Source: the human T2T-CHM13v2.0 reference genome, Homo sapiens
Direction: 5' to 3' (one strand)
Assembly: GCF_009914755.1 (NCBI RefSeq)
Contig: NC_060947.1
Length of the DNA: 64,000 nt
Shown: piece by piece, positions 15,690 through 31,585 of the stretch
Numbering within the stretch: position 1 is the first letter of the stretch
How the letters are laid out: every line of letters begins with the position of its first letter
Notes under the pieces: model-generated
What the model was told of the DNA's origin: nothing
The model's input: only the letters and a program-made list of their open reading frames with translations
The model's database searches: none
Program-made: the position numbers and the translations under genes

Positions 15690-16800
15690 GTTGGTTAATT
15701 CCGCTGCAGAGACGGAGTGGGGCGGGGGCGGGGGTGGGGGTGGGGGTGGGGGTGAGTGGTGTAACTGAGGAAGAGTCCCTGGCATACTGCAACTAGGTCA
15801 GAAGTGACAGCATTCAGCCCTCCCCTCCTTAGGGAGTGGGGTAAGGGGGCGACCCCGCCCAGTGCAGAGGGTGGCGAGTCAGGAGCCGACGAATGCTGGA
15901 GAGGCCATCCGCAGGGGCGGGTCTCTCCAGAGAGCAGCCGGGTGACAACGTGGCACAGAACGGCACTGCATCGGAGTAGGCACACTGCAAAGACGAGACG
16001 AGTCCTCCCCAGAGAGGGGAGGCGGTTAAGGAGAGGAGATTGCGTGGCTCGGAGCAGCCAGACCCGGTAAGCCGACTCCTTCCCGTATTCCGCTTTAACC
16101 AAGCTTGTTTCCCTGGCGGCCCCACAAATTCCCTGAGCGGAGCGTCTTCGCTGGCTCGCAGCCAGCCAGTCAGAGCCCACCTCTGCGACCTCCTCCTCCT
16201 TCCCATCCTGAGGGCTCCTGCCTCGGCTCCCGGCTTCCTCCTCCGGGCTATCTTTTACCCCTTCGGTAGCTGGAAAATCGCCCTCACTCAATCACCACGG
16301 TGGTAAATAGGGCAAAACGAGCAAGGCACTCGCCTCGGGTGCAAAATTTAAGGCGGCACCAAGATACTCAGTAATCAAGATAAAACTGTTCATGCAGTCT
16401 CTTTAAAATTCAAAGTTATAGCCAAAATTCCGCAAGAAGCTAGATAAGAAATATTAAATAAGGGCAAGCTCAGACCTTGCACTTGAACGACTTAGCCTCA
16501 CTTGCCTCACCCGAATCCCCGACGCAGCTAATCAACTCTGAAGTGATTCCCTCCTCTCCGTGGTGCCACGTAGTAGACCTCCGGTTTTCGTTGTGTATAC
16601 GCCTTCCTGGTTGTGTGGGAAGGGGCAGGGACTGAGCCTCAAGTAGCGCAGCCCAGTGCTTTGTTCACCGAGGCCCTGGGGTCAACGTGGATTTTGGAGT
16701 AGCCCAAAGCTGAGAGCTTATGCAGCCGCCCCAAGTTGCAAAGCTTTGCATTGGAACCGCCCGATCCCCACAGAAGCAAAGTTCGAGGGGAAACTGCACT
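15690..16800 (+). promoter_or_regulatory. CpG-rich promoter region; probable internal LINC00632 / ciRS-7 host-transcript promoter
   Basis: Only sizeable non-repeat CpG-dense tract in the window; GC boxes (GGGGCGGGG 15719-15734), G-tracts, strong + strand donor CCG|GTAAGC at 16066/16067. Link to LINC00632 is established knowledge plus inference. Confidence 0.75.
16308..16525. mobile_element. MER96-like hAT-Tip100 MITE inside the CpG island
   Basis: aggcactcgcctcgggtgcaaaatttaaggcggcacc...gcctcacttgcctcaccc. Confidence 0.65.
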
Positions 16801-17580
16801 CCCTTAATTAGTATTTAGGAACCCCTTCAATAATTGAATTGAGTATAAAATCTTTAAAGTAACTACAAATAGCAGGGAACGGCTTTTGGAATTGTTTTTC
16901 TAGAAGAGGGACGCCTCTATGCTTAGAGATTCCTTGTTCCTCTCTAGCTTCCCATGTGTATTTGGTGGTATGGCAGTTCAGTCTGAAGTTGCAATGATAC
17001 AAGCACCTTTAATGAGGATCACACTCAATAACTTAGGAAGCACCATTTACCTCTCCTAGTAAGTGACTAGACACTGTTAGGTGCTGGCTAAAAGGGGTTT
17101 TCAATTCTTACCATCCCCTAGAGCCATTTAATGCTGATCTTGAATTGTTTGCTGCTATTACCGTTAAGGGAGGCGACAAGGGGGGCAAGTAGCTCCGGAG
17201 TAGGGGATGGACTGGTTTTATTTATAAATGCTTCTTTTTGTCTTATGCGGGCCAGTGAAAAATGAGGTAAGAGGAAGATCTGTAAAAGATCTGGAGAAGA
17301 TCAGGAAACGATTGTTCAAATCCGTGTGCCTTTTCTTAAAATCTTTTGAGGTTTTGGGCTTGACCAGCTCTTCAAAAGGAAGAAAAGGGCACATGTGATC
17401 CCTGGCCTGCTAAACAGAGTTTGCTTCCCTTGAGGAGGTATCAAGCCAAATTCTACTTAACCTGGAATGGGGAAAAGGTGGGCAGAACGGTCATTGTCGG
17501 CATCGCCAAACGGGGGTCACGGCAGATCCCCTTAGCTGTTGGATTTCTTATAGGCCTGGTTTAGCTGTTCCACGCTGTAG

Positions 17581-17594
17581 CCAGCAGAGGGCAC
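17581..17594 (+). promoter_or_regulatory. CTCF-like motif
   Basis: CCAGCAGAGGGCAC matches the CTCF core. Confidence 0.65.
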
Positions 17595-18539
17595 TGTTGC
17601 TACATAGAATCTTTTTTGACTGTTTTTGGTGGTGAATTTTCAGAGCTATTTAAAAAACTTCCATCCAGTAAGAAGTATGAACGATTTTCCATGAAATTTT
17701 AATGTGAAAAATAGATTATTATTAAAAACTGATGGATGTCTATTTGGTTGTTAACCCATTGAACCATAGAAAGAGAGTGAAGATGTTCCATAACAATCAA
17801 AGATTAAAATAGCAAGAACAAAAAATAAATGTGATAATAAATATCAGCATCATATCCCTCAATTGTTTCGAACATAAGTAGTTAGGGCTTTTGCTCATAG
17901 GGATGATACTTAAATTTTCAAATGAAGAAAGTTGATTTGTGAATTTATATTACTCATTTGGAAGAATGAAAACTGGGATATGCATGGTCATGTGATCTTA
18001 TAATGTACAATTCAGTTTTCTACATAGAAGTCTCCAGTAAAATATGCTTCTACGTGCAGTGGGAATTTAAAAATTAACAATGTAAAAGATGTATAATTAA
18101 TTATCATAAATGAAATAACAAAGAAAGAATGTGTATGATTCTGAGTAGGATTAGAATTGAAATCTGTTCGTTATGTTTAGGTAATATTTGTAGAAATTTA
18201 ATGGAAGAGTTGTATCGATACTAATTTATTTCTTACCGTTTTGATAGGAATATGTGGAACAAAAAGAAAATTCATATTGTAGAAACTTAGACTCACATTT
18301 TGTGTTAGAACTATGAGCTACTCTGGGTGTTTTATTTTAAGATGGTTTTTGCTCATTGTTATGCTACAGGTATTATCATACATCTTTTCTAAAGGTGGAG
18401 GCCTTCTTTTTTATTTAACCAGAAGTTTCTTGTGTTAGGATGATTTTGAGCAGTTAAGAATTGCAAGAAAAAATCTTAACATCATTAGTTTCAAGTGCAT
18501 TGTAATGGATGAGTGTGTCATCTAGAGCAAGATTGCATA

Positions 18540-18745
18540 GCTGTACATTTTGGGCTTTCCTGCTTAATAAATGTGTGACCTCAGACAGATTATGTAACTT
18601 GTCTGAGCTTCAATTTCCTCATCTATAAAATAATAATAATAATGCCTAACACATAGGGTTGTATTAAATATTAAGTGAGTTAATATATGTAAAGCAGCTA
18701 GAACAGTGCCTGGCCCAGAAAAATTCACTTTATTAGTGTTATTTA
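18540..18745 (+). mobile_element. MIR SINE
   Basis: tgtgtgacctcagacag...tttcctcatctataaaat...agaacagtgcctggc. Confidence 0.8.
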
Positions 18746-19032
18746 CCTATTATTTTTTTCCATTTTTGTTAATAATATTTGAACATGATGCATTAATTTC
18801 CCCTTAGTTTATTGTTTAGCTCTAGAGCTGCTTAGATTCATTTGCATATAATATTGCTTATTTAATTTTAAAGAAGTGGTTCTATGCACATTTAGTAACT
18901 TACGCCTCTTAAACATTGGCTATGCAAGAGAATTCTTGAATAATTTCATGAAGCAGTCTTTGTCTCTTACTCAGAGTAGAATATTTTGAAGACATCTTTT
19001 CTCTGAAGTTTTTAGACAAGCTATAAACTAGT

Positions 19033-19402
19033 TTGTATTAGTCAGAGTTCTCCAGTGAGACAGAACCAATGGGATAGCTAGCTAGATAGATAGATAGAGG
19101 AGAGGGGATTTATTAGAGAAATTTGTTCATGTGGTTATGGAGGATGAGAAGGCCAAGACTGAGGGACTGACAATTGGCAAGGGCTTTCTTGCTGTGTCAT
19201 CCCATGGCAAAGGAGAGAGAGGCCAAACTTGCCCTTTTGTAAGGAATCCATTCCCATGAAATGCCATTCCCATGAATGGCATTAATCTATTCATGACGGT
19301 GGAGCCTAACCACCTCTTAAAGATCTCACCTCTTAATACTGTTACAGTGGCAATTACGTTTCAACATGAGTTTTGGAGGAGACAGACATTCAAACCATAA
19401 CG
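19033..19402 (-). mobile_element. MLT2-like and MLT1/MST-like LTR fragments
   Basis: tgtattagtcagagttctccagtgagacagaacc; ttcaacatgagttttggagg...cattcaaaccata. Confidence 0.7.
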
Positions 19403-19892
19403 CAGCTCCATGACAGAATTTTCACATGCTCCAGAATGTGAATGACAGCTACTCATTTTAAGGGAAAACAGCTTAGTTTAGTGTAAAAAACATGGATATT
19501 GGAGTCTGGAGCTTGGACGCTAGCTGTGTGACTTTGGACATGCCACATGTCATCTTTGAGCTTCTGCTTTTTCAAATACAAGGATGTTGTAAGGCCAAAA
19601 TATGATCAGGTTGTAAAGGGTTTGCCACATACTGAGTGCTCACATCAAAACATATTAGTTCCATTTCCTTGACCTTACTCCCTTTCTCCTTTGATAATGC
19701 TTCATTCAAGGGTAGATCGAAGACCTCAGGACCAAGGAGGAAATGAAATGTTAAGAAGATTTGACTGTAACAAAAGGGTTAGTGTTAACACATCCATTCT
19801 GTACCTATACAATAGAAGTGCAATAGTAATCTTAGAAGCTGTGAAAGAGCACTGCTGCTTCCTCTCTCTGGGCCTCTGAATTAATCAATGAT

Positions 19893-20245
19893 GTAATATA
19901 TATAACACATATAATATATATACTATATTATATATTTATTATATATACTATATTATATATTTATTATATATAAATATATATTTATCACATAATAAATATA
20001 TATACTATATAATATATTTATTATATATAATAAATCTATAATAAATATACATACTATATAATATATTTATTATATAATAAATATATATTTAATTAAATAT
20101 ATAATTAAATATATAACATATTTATCATATATAATAAAATATATTATATATATTTGTATATGTATAGATTAGTGTATAAGTATATATATTTGTATATATT
20201 ATATATATATTTGTACTAATATACATACACAAATACATATTAGTA
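19893..20245. repeat. AT-rich (TATAA)-type low-complexity tract
   Basis: ~350 bp of almost pure A/T. Confidence 0.9.
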
Positions 20246-21487
20246 TAGGACCTAGTTACTGCCTCTAAGGCTTCATGTCTTTCTGATGGTCATATAATGG
20301 AATGAATGGGACTTGAGTTGGATGATGAGATTCCATAGATAGAAAGGAAAGAGGGAGCATTCCAACTAGAAGGAATGGTGTGAGGAGAGGTACAAATGTG
20401 ATTTTGGTCAGGAGCCAATAAGTAAACTAGTCTTTCCAGAGAACCTTTCTTGGGGAAGGTGCCTTGTAGTGCCCACAAATGCAGGAAGCAAGAATTAGGA
20501 CAAGGTCACCGATGGTCAGTTCAGAAGGCTTATTGAGTAAGCACAACACAGCAGAGGTACTGTTTGGGAAATAAAAAGCTGGTGGCTATGAGGGTGGACT
20601 TGGTTATGGCAAAGTTAGTCAGGAAACTATTTTAACAGTCTGGGGCCAGATCATGGAGGGCCTCATAGGCCCCAATTGCTCCTTCATCTACATTTGCTTC
20701 AGCTTTTACATCTTTCTAGACCAGTCCTGTTGTTTTACAGCTGTCTTCCATTTCAGTCTTAGATTCTGTCTTCTATTTGCAAGTGGCAATTCTAAAATCC
20801 CATTTGATTTCCATAGCATCTAATAAAATTCGGTTTTTTCTCCACCCCACCCCCCCCATGAAAGCAAATTTTCCATACATTTTGTATGCCAAAACCTAGT
20901 AACAAGGAAGAATAGGTCAGATTAATCCTAAATATCTGCTGTTTTATTCACTGCAAACATAAACCCTTTCGTTAATATCAAGACAGCTAAACAACTCCAC
21001 CTCATCTAAGAAATCTGGCATCTGAAGCCCTTTATGATTTGCCTCAACAAATCTTTTACAGTTTTATTTTTACTGCCCACTTCAGCCGTCCTTTGTTTCA
21101 GCTTCATCCCTCATCTAATTCCACGCGTACCCAGCAATTTCGTGCCTCCGCCTTTGTCCCTTCCACCTGCTTGCCTTCTCCTCCACACCCTAAAAATTCT
21201 ACCCATTCTTCAAGGTCCCATTCAAATGCTACTCCTTTTGAGAGCATTGCATGCTGGTCTTACTTTCTGTACTATAAACATTTATGCTATAAAATGAGGA
21301 CCTATTCTATTCCAGTTACCGTCAAGGCATTCCCAAATGATTAAAACACAGGGAAACAGATGGCACTATAGTGAAATATCCTAAGTGCTGTAATCAGAGT
21401 AGGCATTGGAGGAAGGCTCTGAGAGTTTCCATCATCAATTCAAAGCCAGCAGGAGGGATCAGGGAAAGCTTCCTGGAAGAGGTGGCA

Positions 21488-21752
21488 TCAGAGGCGTTTG
21501 AACCAGAGTGACTCCATCTTGAGTAGGGGCTGGGTAAAATAAGGCTGAGACCTACTGGGCTGCATTCCCAGGAGGTTAAGGCATTCTTAATCACAGGATG
21601 AGATAGGAGGTCAGCACAAGATACAGGTCACAAAGACCTTGCTGATAAAACAGCATGTGGTAAAGAAGCCGGCCAGAACTCACCAAAACCAATATGGCGA
21701 TGAAAGTGACCTCTGGTCGTCCTCACTGCTCATTGTATGCTAATTATAATGC
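21488..21752 (+). mobile_element. MER41 (ERV1) LTR 5' fragment
   Basis: tcagaggcgtttgaaccagagtgactccatcttgagtaggggctgggtaaaataaggctgagacc matches the recalled MER41 start; truncated at taattataatgc. Confidence 0.8.
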
Positions 21753-21787
21753 CCACCAAGCACCTGGATTTAAAAATTGGTAACTAT

Positions 21788-21920
21788 TTAGCCAGGTGTG
21801 GTGGCTCACGCCTATAATCACAGCTACTTCGGAGGCTGAGGCAGTTGCAGTGAGCCAAGATCACGCCACTGCACTCCAGCCTGGGCGACAGAGTGAGACT
21901 CCATCTCAAAACAACAACAT
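21788..21920 (+). mobile_element. Internally deleted Alu / Alu monomer
   Basis: ttagccaggtgtggtggctcacgcc...gagactccatctcaaaa. Confidence 0.85.
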
Positions 21921-22904
21921 AAAAATTGTTAACATTTTTCCATAAAATAAATTACTGATAACATTGTATATCTATTTGCTTCAGTTCCTCCCTCGACAAA
22001 ACATATATTTATTTATGTTACCACAGTTCCATTACTGCACCCAATAGAATCAACAGCAGTGGCCGAATGTCATCTAACAGCCTACTCATGCTCCGATTCC
22101 CTCAGTTCTTCCAAAACTATGAGTGACTATTTATTTATTAATTATTAGTGAAGCGTTATCAGAAGATCTGAGATCCGAGAACTTGGTACTGTTGTTCACT
22201 TGATATGAGTCGTAGTATGGATTGGTAGACGAACAAAACTTAAGACAACAAAATAGATAGTAATTATTTATTTGAAAACATTTTCCTCTCAAAGCTACAC
22301 TAACCCAAAGAAACTGCGGGATCAACTAAGATCAGCTTGAGGACTCAACCTGGTTACCCAGGAGTTATGGCACTACCAGAAACTCTCAGGCTCTAGAGAG
22401 AAAAAAGACTACTGGGAGAGAACTCCAGACACTTGTGGATGGATAGTCAGATGTTTATTCCAACACCATTTTTTGAGTAGTCCATCCTTTCCTTAATGTT
22501 CGGAAATACTACCAGACAACTGTAAAAATATTAAAAATGAATAAGTGAACATATTTGTATTATCTTATTGGGGGAAAGACTTTTCAAAGCAAGGCAGAAA
22601 CAGTTGACTACATAAATACTTGAAGCAACTTTATGGCAAAAGACAAAAGCAATAAAATTCGAAAGTAAATGACATGCTCGGAAAAAATATTTGCAATATA
22701 GAGAGGATTAAAAATAAGTTCTCTAAAATGTTAACAGTACCTATAAATCAGTAAGAAAAAAATATAACGTGGAAAAAGGATAAGAACAAGTATTTAAAGA
22801 GGAAAGGTGATGAAAGAAATCAATTAAAACAAAAATTAGATACCTTGTGATTTACCTTCTAATTGATACAAGTCACAAATGTTGATTATGTGTCATGTTG
22901 GTAA

Positions 22905-23350
<446 letters not shown>

Positions 23351-23599
23351 CTGGCATATATTTTTATTACTCCAAATTTATAAGCTACTCATTTAGATTG
23401 CCTCTGTTCCTGACCTCATTTCCTATTTTTATGTTTGCTTTTTCCTAGATGGTGTGCTTCTCACCTCAGCGTGATAGCCTGACCTTGACTCCTGAGTTCC
23501 ACGATCGCTTCACAACTGCAAGTCACCATCATACAAAATTTGAGTTTCCCTAAGTCCGCGCCTTTGAGAGCTTTGGAACGATATGCAAGTTCAAGTCAC

Positions 23600-26268
<2,669 letters not shown>

Positions 26269-27314
26269 CTTGGCTGGATAATTTGATTTTGTACTCCTGA
26301 AATTTGTTTTAATTCTGATTAAGCCTAACTTGCGATCTCACCAGAAAGGATTAGTTTGGTATAAGTTAAATTAATTTCTTTTCCAGCAATTGTATATGTT
26401 AGCTATTGGCTGATCCTGAAAAGCAGTATATTTATGTTAAATTTCCAGATTTCCTTTGGTAGCTAATCAAGGAGGAACAGCTGCTAGAGTTCATTTTCAT
26501 AGATTCTTTCTGTTCTCATATCTGGCCTCCTCAGTGATTTGAAGAATTGAATATCCTCCAAAAAATGGATATTATTACCTCCTGTTCTCTGATGGTGATG
26601 GAGACTTCATTCTCAGATTGTTTTTAAATTCCTTTCATAATTCCATATATTTACTTCATTTGATTCAATTGTGTTACAAAAGTTATTGTCATGGTTGTTT
26701 TAATTTTGGATGTTTGGAATTTTCCAGGCAGATTTAACAGAGGAAAAAAAACCACAAAGCCAGAGATACGACGCTGTTATCTTGTTCTAAGAATTTTGGG
26801 CAAAGGCATAGGCTGAACCTGCCTGTTCTTTTGGCTGCTTTACACATTCCCAACTGATGTCCATTTTGAACTCAGTTGGACAGTTATTCTGGGGAATAGA
26901 GAGGAAGTCCAAATAACATCGCTGTTGTTTCTGTCTTAATTGCTGTTTGTGCCGGATTCACAGCACTGGCCTCATCATTATATCTGATAATGATGCACAG
27001 AAAACCTGAATAGAGAAAAGAAGAAAGATAATTCATTGGCATGTGCTTGCCAAAAAGAGACTTTATATAACTTGAGAAAGCATAAAGACAACCTGGAATG
27101 AGGAAATGTATGTACAGTAATGAAAAAAAAATGCTTTAAACAGCTGTGTCAAAAACTGACATCAGAGAGTAAATTGAATTTGGTTTTGTAGGAAGCAGGA
27201 AGCAAGCCCACTCAAACGTTGAAATTTGGCATGAGGGAGTCCAGTAACTTTCTCCTCAATCTGTGAACTATATGTGAGTTTGATATTTTGAAGGAAAAGG
27301 AAAAAAAAAAGTTT

Positions 27315-28691
27315 AAAAGGGCTTCTGCACAGCAAATGAAACTAGCATCAGAATGAACAGGCAACCAAAAGAATGGGAGAAAAATTTTGCAATCTACCCA
27401 TCTGACAAAGGTCTAATATCCAGAATCTGCAAGGAACTTCAACAAATTTACAAGAAAAAACAACCCCATCAAAAAGTGGGCAAATGATATGAACAGACAC
27501 TTCTCAAAAGAAGACACTTACGCAGCCAACAAACATGAAAAAAAGCTCATCATCACTGATCATTAGAGAAATGCCAATCAAAACCACAATGAGAGCCAGA
27601 CTGGGATCCGGTGCGGAGAGCCCCTCATCCTGGAAAATTGGCCTCGGCCAGAAAGGCAGCCACCCCCTCGCCCATCATGCATAACACGTTCGTGAAGAAC
27701 CTGGCGCTAAACCATTCCTAGGCAACCTGTTTCTGGGTCAGGGTTTCGTGAGTAGCAGAGCAGATTCCTCGTTGCCATCTATTGAAAGTGAGCCCTCCAC
27801 ACAAGGGTTTGTCTGCCTGCGTGCTCAGGGGGCCGTTGGACCCGCGCGTCCGGCGCTGTCCCTCTTCCTTCCTTCCTCCCGCCACCCGCCGGGGTCCTCG
27901 TTACCCAAGCCCGCGCGTGACCACCCACTCCGGGGGTGTCGCGCGCTGGCCTGTCCGCATCCGCCGCGCGTTAGGCCAGTCAGGATGGCGATTATTAAAA
28001 AGTCAGGAAAGGATAGATGCCGGAGAGGATGTGGAGAATAGGAACGTTTTTACACTGTCGGTGGGAGTGTAAATTAGTTTAACCACTGTGGAAGACAGTG
28101 TGGCGATTCCTCAAGGATCTAGAACCAGAAATACCATTTGACCCAGCAATCCCATTACTAGGTATATACCCAAAAGATTATAGATTATTCTATTATAAAG
28201 ACATGCACACATATGTTTGTTGCAGCACTATTTACAATAGCAAAGACTTGGAACCAACCCGAATGCCCATCAATGATAGACTGGATAAAGAAAATGTGGC
28301 ACATATACAACATGGAATATACTGCAGCCATAAAAATGAATTGAGATCATGCCCTTTGTGGGTACATGGATGAAGCTGGAAGCCATCATTCTCAGCAAAC
28401 TAACACAGGAACAGAGAACCAAACACCACATGTTCTTACTCATAAGTGGGAGTTGAACAATGAGGACACATGGACACTGGGAGGGGAACAACACACACAG
28501 GGGCCTGTTGGGGGGTGGGGGGCAAGGGGAGGGAGAGCATTAGGACAAATACCTAATGCATACGGGGCTTAAAACCTAGATGAAGGGTTGATGGGTGCAG
28601 CGAACCACCATGGCACATGTATACCTATGTAACAAACCTGCACGTTCTGCACATGTATCTTGGAACTTAATAATAATTTTAAAAAGGGCTT
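27315..28691 (+). mobile_element. 5'-truncated L1PA (approx. L1PA7/8), ORF2 end plus 3'UTR, interrupted by rDNA fragment
   Basis: ORF2 C-terminal remnant ([25 protein letters not shown]), G-rich 3'UTR, TSD AAAAGGGCTT at 27315-27324 and 28682-28691, TT/AAAA target site. Confidence 0.9.
27595..27974 (+). pseudogene. rDNA fragment: 3' end of 28S rRNA (27595-27813) plus 3'ETS-like GC-rich tail
   Basis: GAACCTGGCGCTAAACCATTC...TCTATTGAAAGTGAGCCCTCCACACAAGGGTTTGTC is a diverged copy of the 28S 3' terminus, followed by GC-rich sequence containing CGCGCGTCCGGCGCTGTCC, which resembles the 3'ETS. Confidence 0.88.
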
Positions 28692-28831
28692 GCTTGCATG
28701 GTTATGGTTGAGACTACAGATATTCTTCAACACGCTCAAATGAGGAAGATGAGGGTTGAAAACCCATTGTAGGATGCTGTGGATCTAGGATTCGCCACAG
28801 TTCCAGGAGAGCTTACGCTCTTGATCTAAAC

Positions 28832-29005
28832 CACAGTTGTTCTCAACACTGACTGTGTATCAGAGTAATGATAGAAAGCGTTGAAAAATATAGATTTCCA
28901 GGAACTGCACAAAGACCTGCTGAATCAGGGATAGGGCCAGAATCTGTATATTTCAAAATTTCCTTCAGCGTTTCTTTATATAGCCATGGTTTTCAAACTG
29001 CCGCT
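28832..29005. mobile_element. MER5-like hAT MITE
   Basis: cagttgttctcaacactgactg ... tttcaaactgccgctcta. Confidence 0.6.
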
Positions 29006-29049
29006 CTAAAGCTAGGGAAAATTATGATAGAAAATATAAATGGTAGTGG

Positions 29050-29195
29050 GCCCAGGAACTAGGAAACCTTGATTCAAAGTGTTTGTTCTGCCACTAGTTC
29101 AATGAATGGTCTTATTCAAGTCACTCCTGCCTTTGTCTTTCAAATGAGAGAATAAGACCACTTGGTGTCTAAAGTCTTTCTATCTCTGACATTAC
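29050..29195 (+). mobile_element. MIR/MIR3 fragment
   Basis: ggaactaggaaaccttgattc...ttctgccacta...aagtcact. Confidence 0.5.
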
Positions 29196-29695
29196 CTTGA
29201 GAGAAAGGTGCATCAACCACAATGGTTGATTTTGAGAATATCTAAACTTTTTCATAGAGACCAAAGTAAATAGGATTATTATTGCATTGTGTAATTGTGC
29301 TCATGGTTCAAGTTTTACCATGTTTTAGTCCCTCCCAGAAAAGGAAGTAGGGCATAATGCCATAGAAACAAGGCAAATATAAACACCAACTCTCTGAAAG
29401 GAAAGAGAGGCAGTACCTACTGGGAGTTTCTTTTTCTATGATAATTGTTTTTATTTCCCCTCTGGGTTATAGGTTTTGGGAAAAATAATGCACAGATATT
29501 GTGTGTAAAATGCTAATATTTTGTATCTATTGTTTCCATAAACCAAAACAGAGAACCCTGTATGGTGAATGCTTTAAGTTTTCATAGGTCATTTGCTTCT
29601 TCTTAGTCACATCTACAGGTAAATATTTTTAAATCAATGATCTTTTCCTCAGTATAATCAGTGGTTCTATATGACTTTAAAGAATGAGCTGTTTT

Positions 29696-30007
<312 letters not shown>

Positions 30008-31369
30008 AACTGTTTTGATAATTTTACCATTTACTGAGATTACTACCTTGGCCATTTTTTTATTTATTTTGACCAGAATTAGAGAAATAAAAGGTTAAAT
30101 TGAATTGCATCAACTAGGAACTCTTAATATAAATAATAAAATGAGAAATTGACTATTATATGATCTTAGTTGTCATAGAAATACTTTGACTTTGGCTTGA
30201 TGTATGGAAACATTTATCTAGGGCCCAGGTCATTTGAAATAAAATATTGAGATAAATCTAATTATTGTTTAAGACAATATCCAGTTAAAACAACCTAAGA
30301 AGTATCACTGATGAGAGTCAAAGAACATTTTACTGTGGTTGAGTTGAACAGGTCAGCAAAACTTGTAGGAGGATGAGAAAGTTTGATATACGCTAAAGGT
30401 AGAAATAGAAGTTAATGACAACACTGCCATGTAAATGGGTGTTTTTTTCTTCTTTAAGAAAAGCCCCCCAAATATCAAAGCTGAGGTTTCTTTTAGTATG
30501 TTTTATGCACAGTTTGAGTGGAGAGAACCTGTTGTCAAATGGCTTGGGTAAATTCTTGAGCTCAGTATTACAAAGTGCATGGAAATTTCGTTCTTTATAG
30601 ACATGTTTAACCACTGTGGCAAAAAGAAAAAAAAGGAGGGGTGGGGAGAAAGGGCAGCCCAGGCTGATGAGATGTGAAGAATATGTTAGGAAACTTGTAT
30701 TACATTTAAAAAGAACTTTTTGTTTAAAATCTTTTAAGTTCAAAATGCAGAGAAAGCTCTTTAAATTACACATTTGGATTACATAGCTTCTACCACCCGA
30801 ATGCTAATAAAGGGTTTTGACAGTATATATAGTCTAAAAGCTTGCGTGAACAAGGTTTATGATGTGAAATGCATTGATTACTGAACTTTACATAGTATTA
30901 TTACCTTTTAATGGCCTTTGATGTCAGTGTGTTATGGTTGCTTAAGAATTCAGAAATATGATGTACTATGAACAGAGTGTATATATTACTGGGAAGTATA
31001 AAATCAAATAGAAAATAGATGAAAGAATTAGTATCATTAGCATAAATAACAAATATTGAGAAATTAAGTATGAATCTATTGTGTTTGAGACACTGCATTT
31101 CATCTTTCTTGCATTGCTACGTAAAGCCAAAGATATAATTAACTCATCTTTGCAAACACCTAGAATTGGTTCTTGACTACTTGGCAGTGGTATGGTGAGT
31201 GTCACAATGATAAGAAAATGGGACTTAAAGTGAGATCTTTGCCACTGACTTCTTGTCTGCTCTGGGCTGGGGGCACCCTCTTTTTGGGTGAGTGGTGCTT
31301 AGTCCTGGCAGTACAACCCCTGGGTTATTGGGTTGTGGAGAATCAGCACGGAGGCAAGGTTTTGTAATC

Positions 31370-31585
31370 ACACGGATCTGCTTTCAAATCCTGCCTCTAC
31401 CAATTACCAGCTGTGTGACTGTGGGCATATTTCTTAACCATTCCAGACTTCAGTTTCTGATCTGTAAAATGCAGTCAAAATACCTGCATTATAGGATTGC
31501 TATAAGATTATATGAAATGCTTAGTACAGTGCCTGGCACATAGTAAGCGCTCAATAAATTGTTGTGATTATTATTATTATTATAA
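31370..31585 (+). mobile_element. MIR SINE upstream of circRNA exon
   Basis: MIR core (agctgtgtgactgtgggc...cagtttctgatctgtaaaatg) and tail (acagtgcctggcacatagtaagcgctcaataaa, then (TTA)n). Confidence 0.88.

Noticed and set aside
15607-16306. ORFs of 61-198 aa over the CpG island
   Set aside because: They overlap on both strands, have no recognisable domain, and are expected in GC-rich DNA.
21488-21752. MER41 interferon-inducible STAT1 enhancer
   Set aside because: The LTR is truncated before the part that, as I recall, carries the tandem TTCCGGGAA-type GAS motifs.
27595-27974. Second CpG-island promoter or functional rRNA gene
   Set aside because: A short, diverged rDNA fragment inside an L1 accounts for the GC content.
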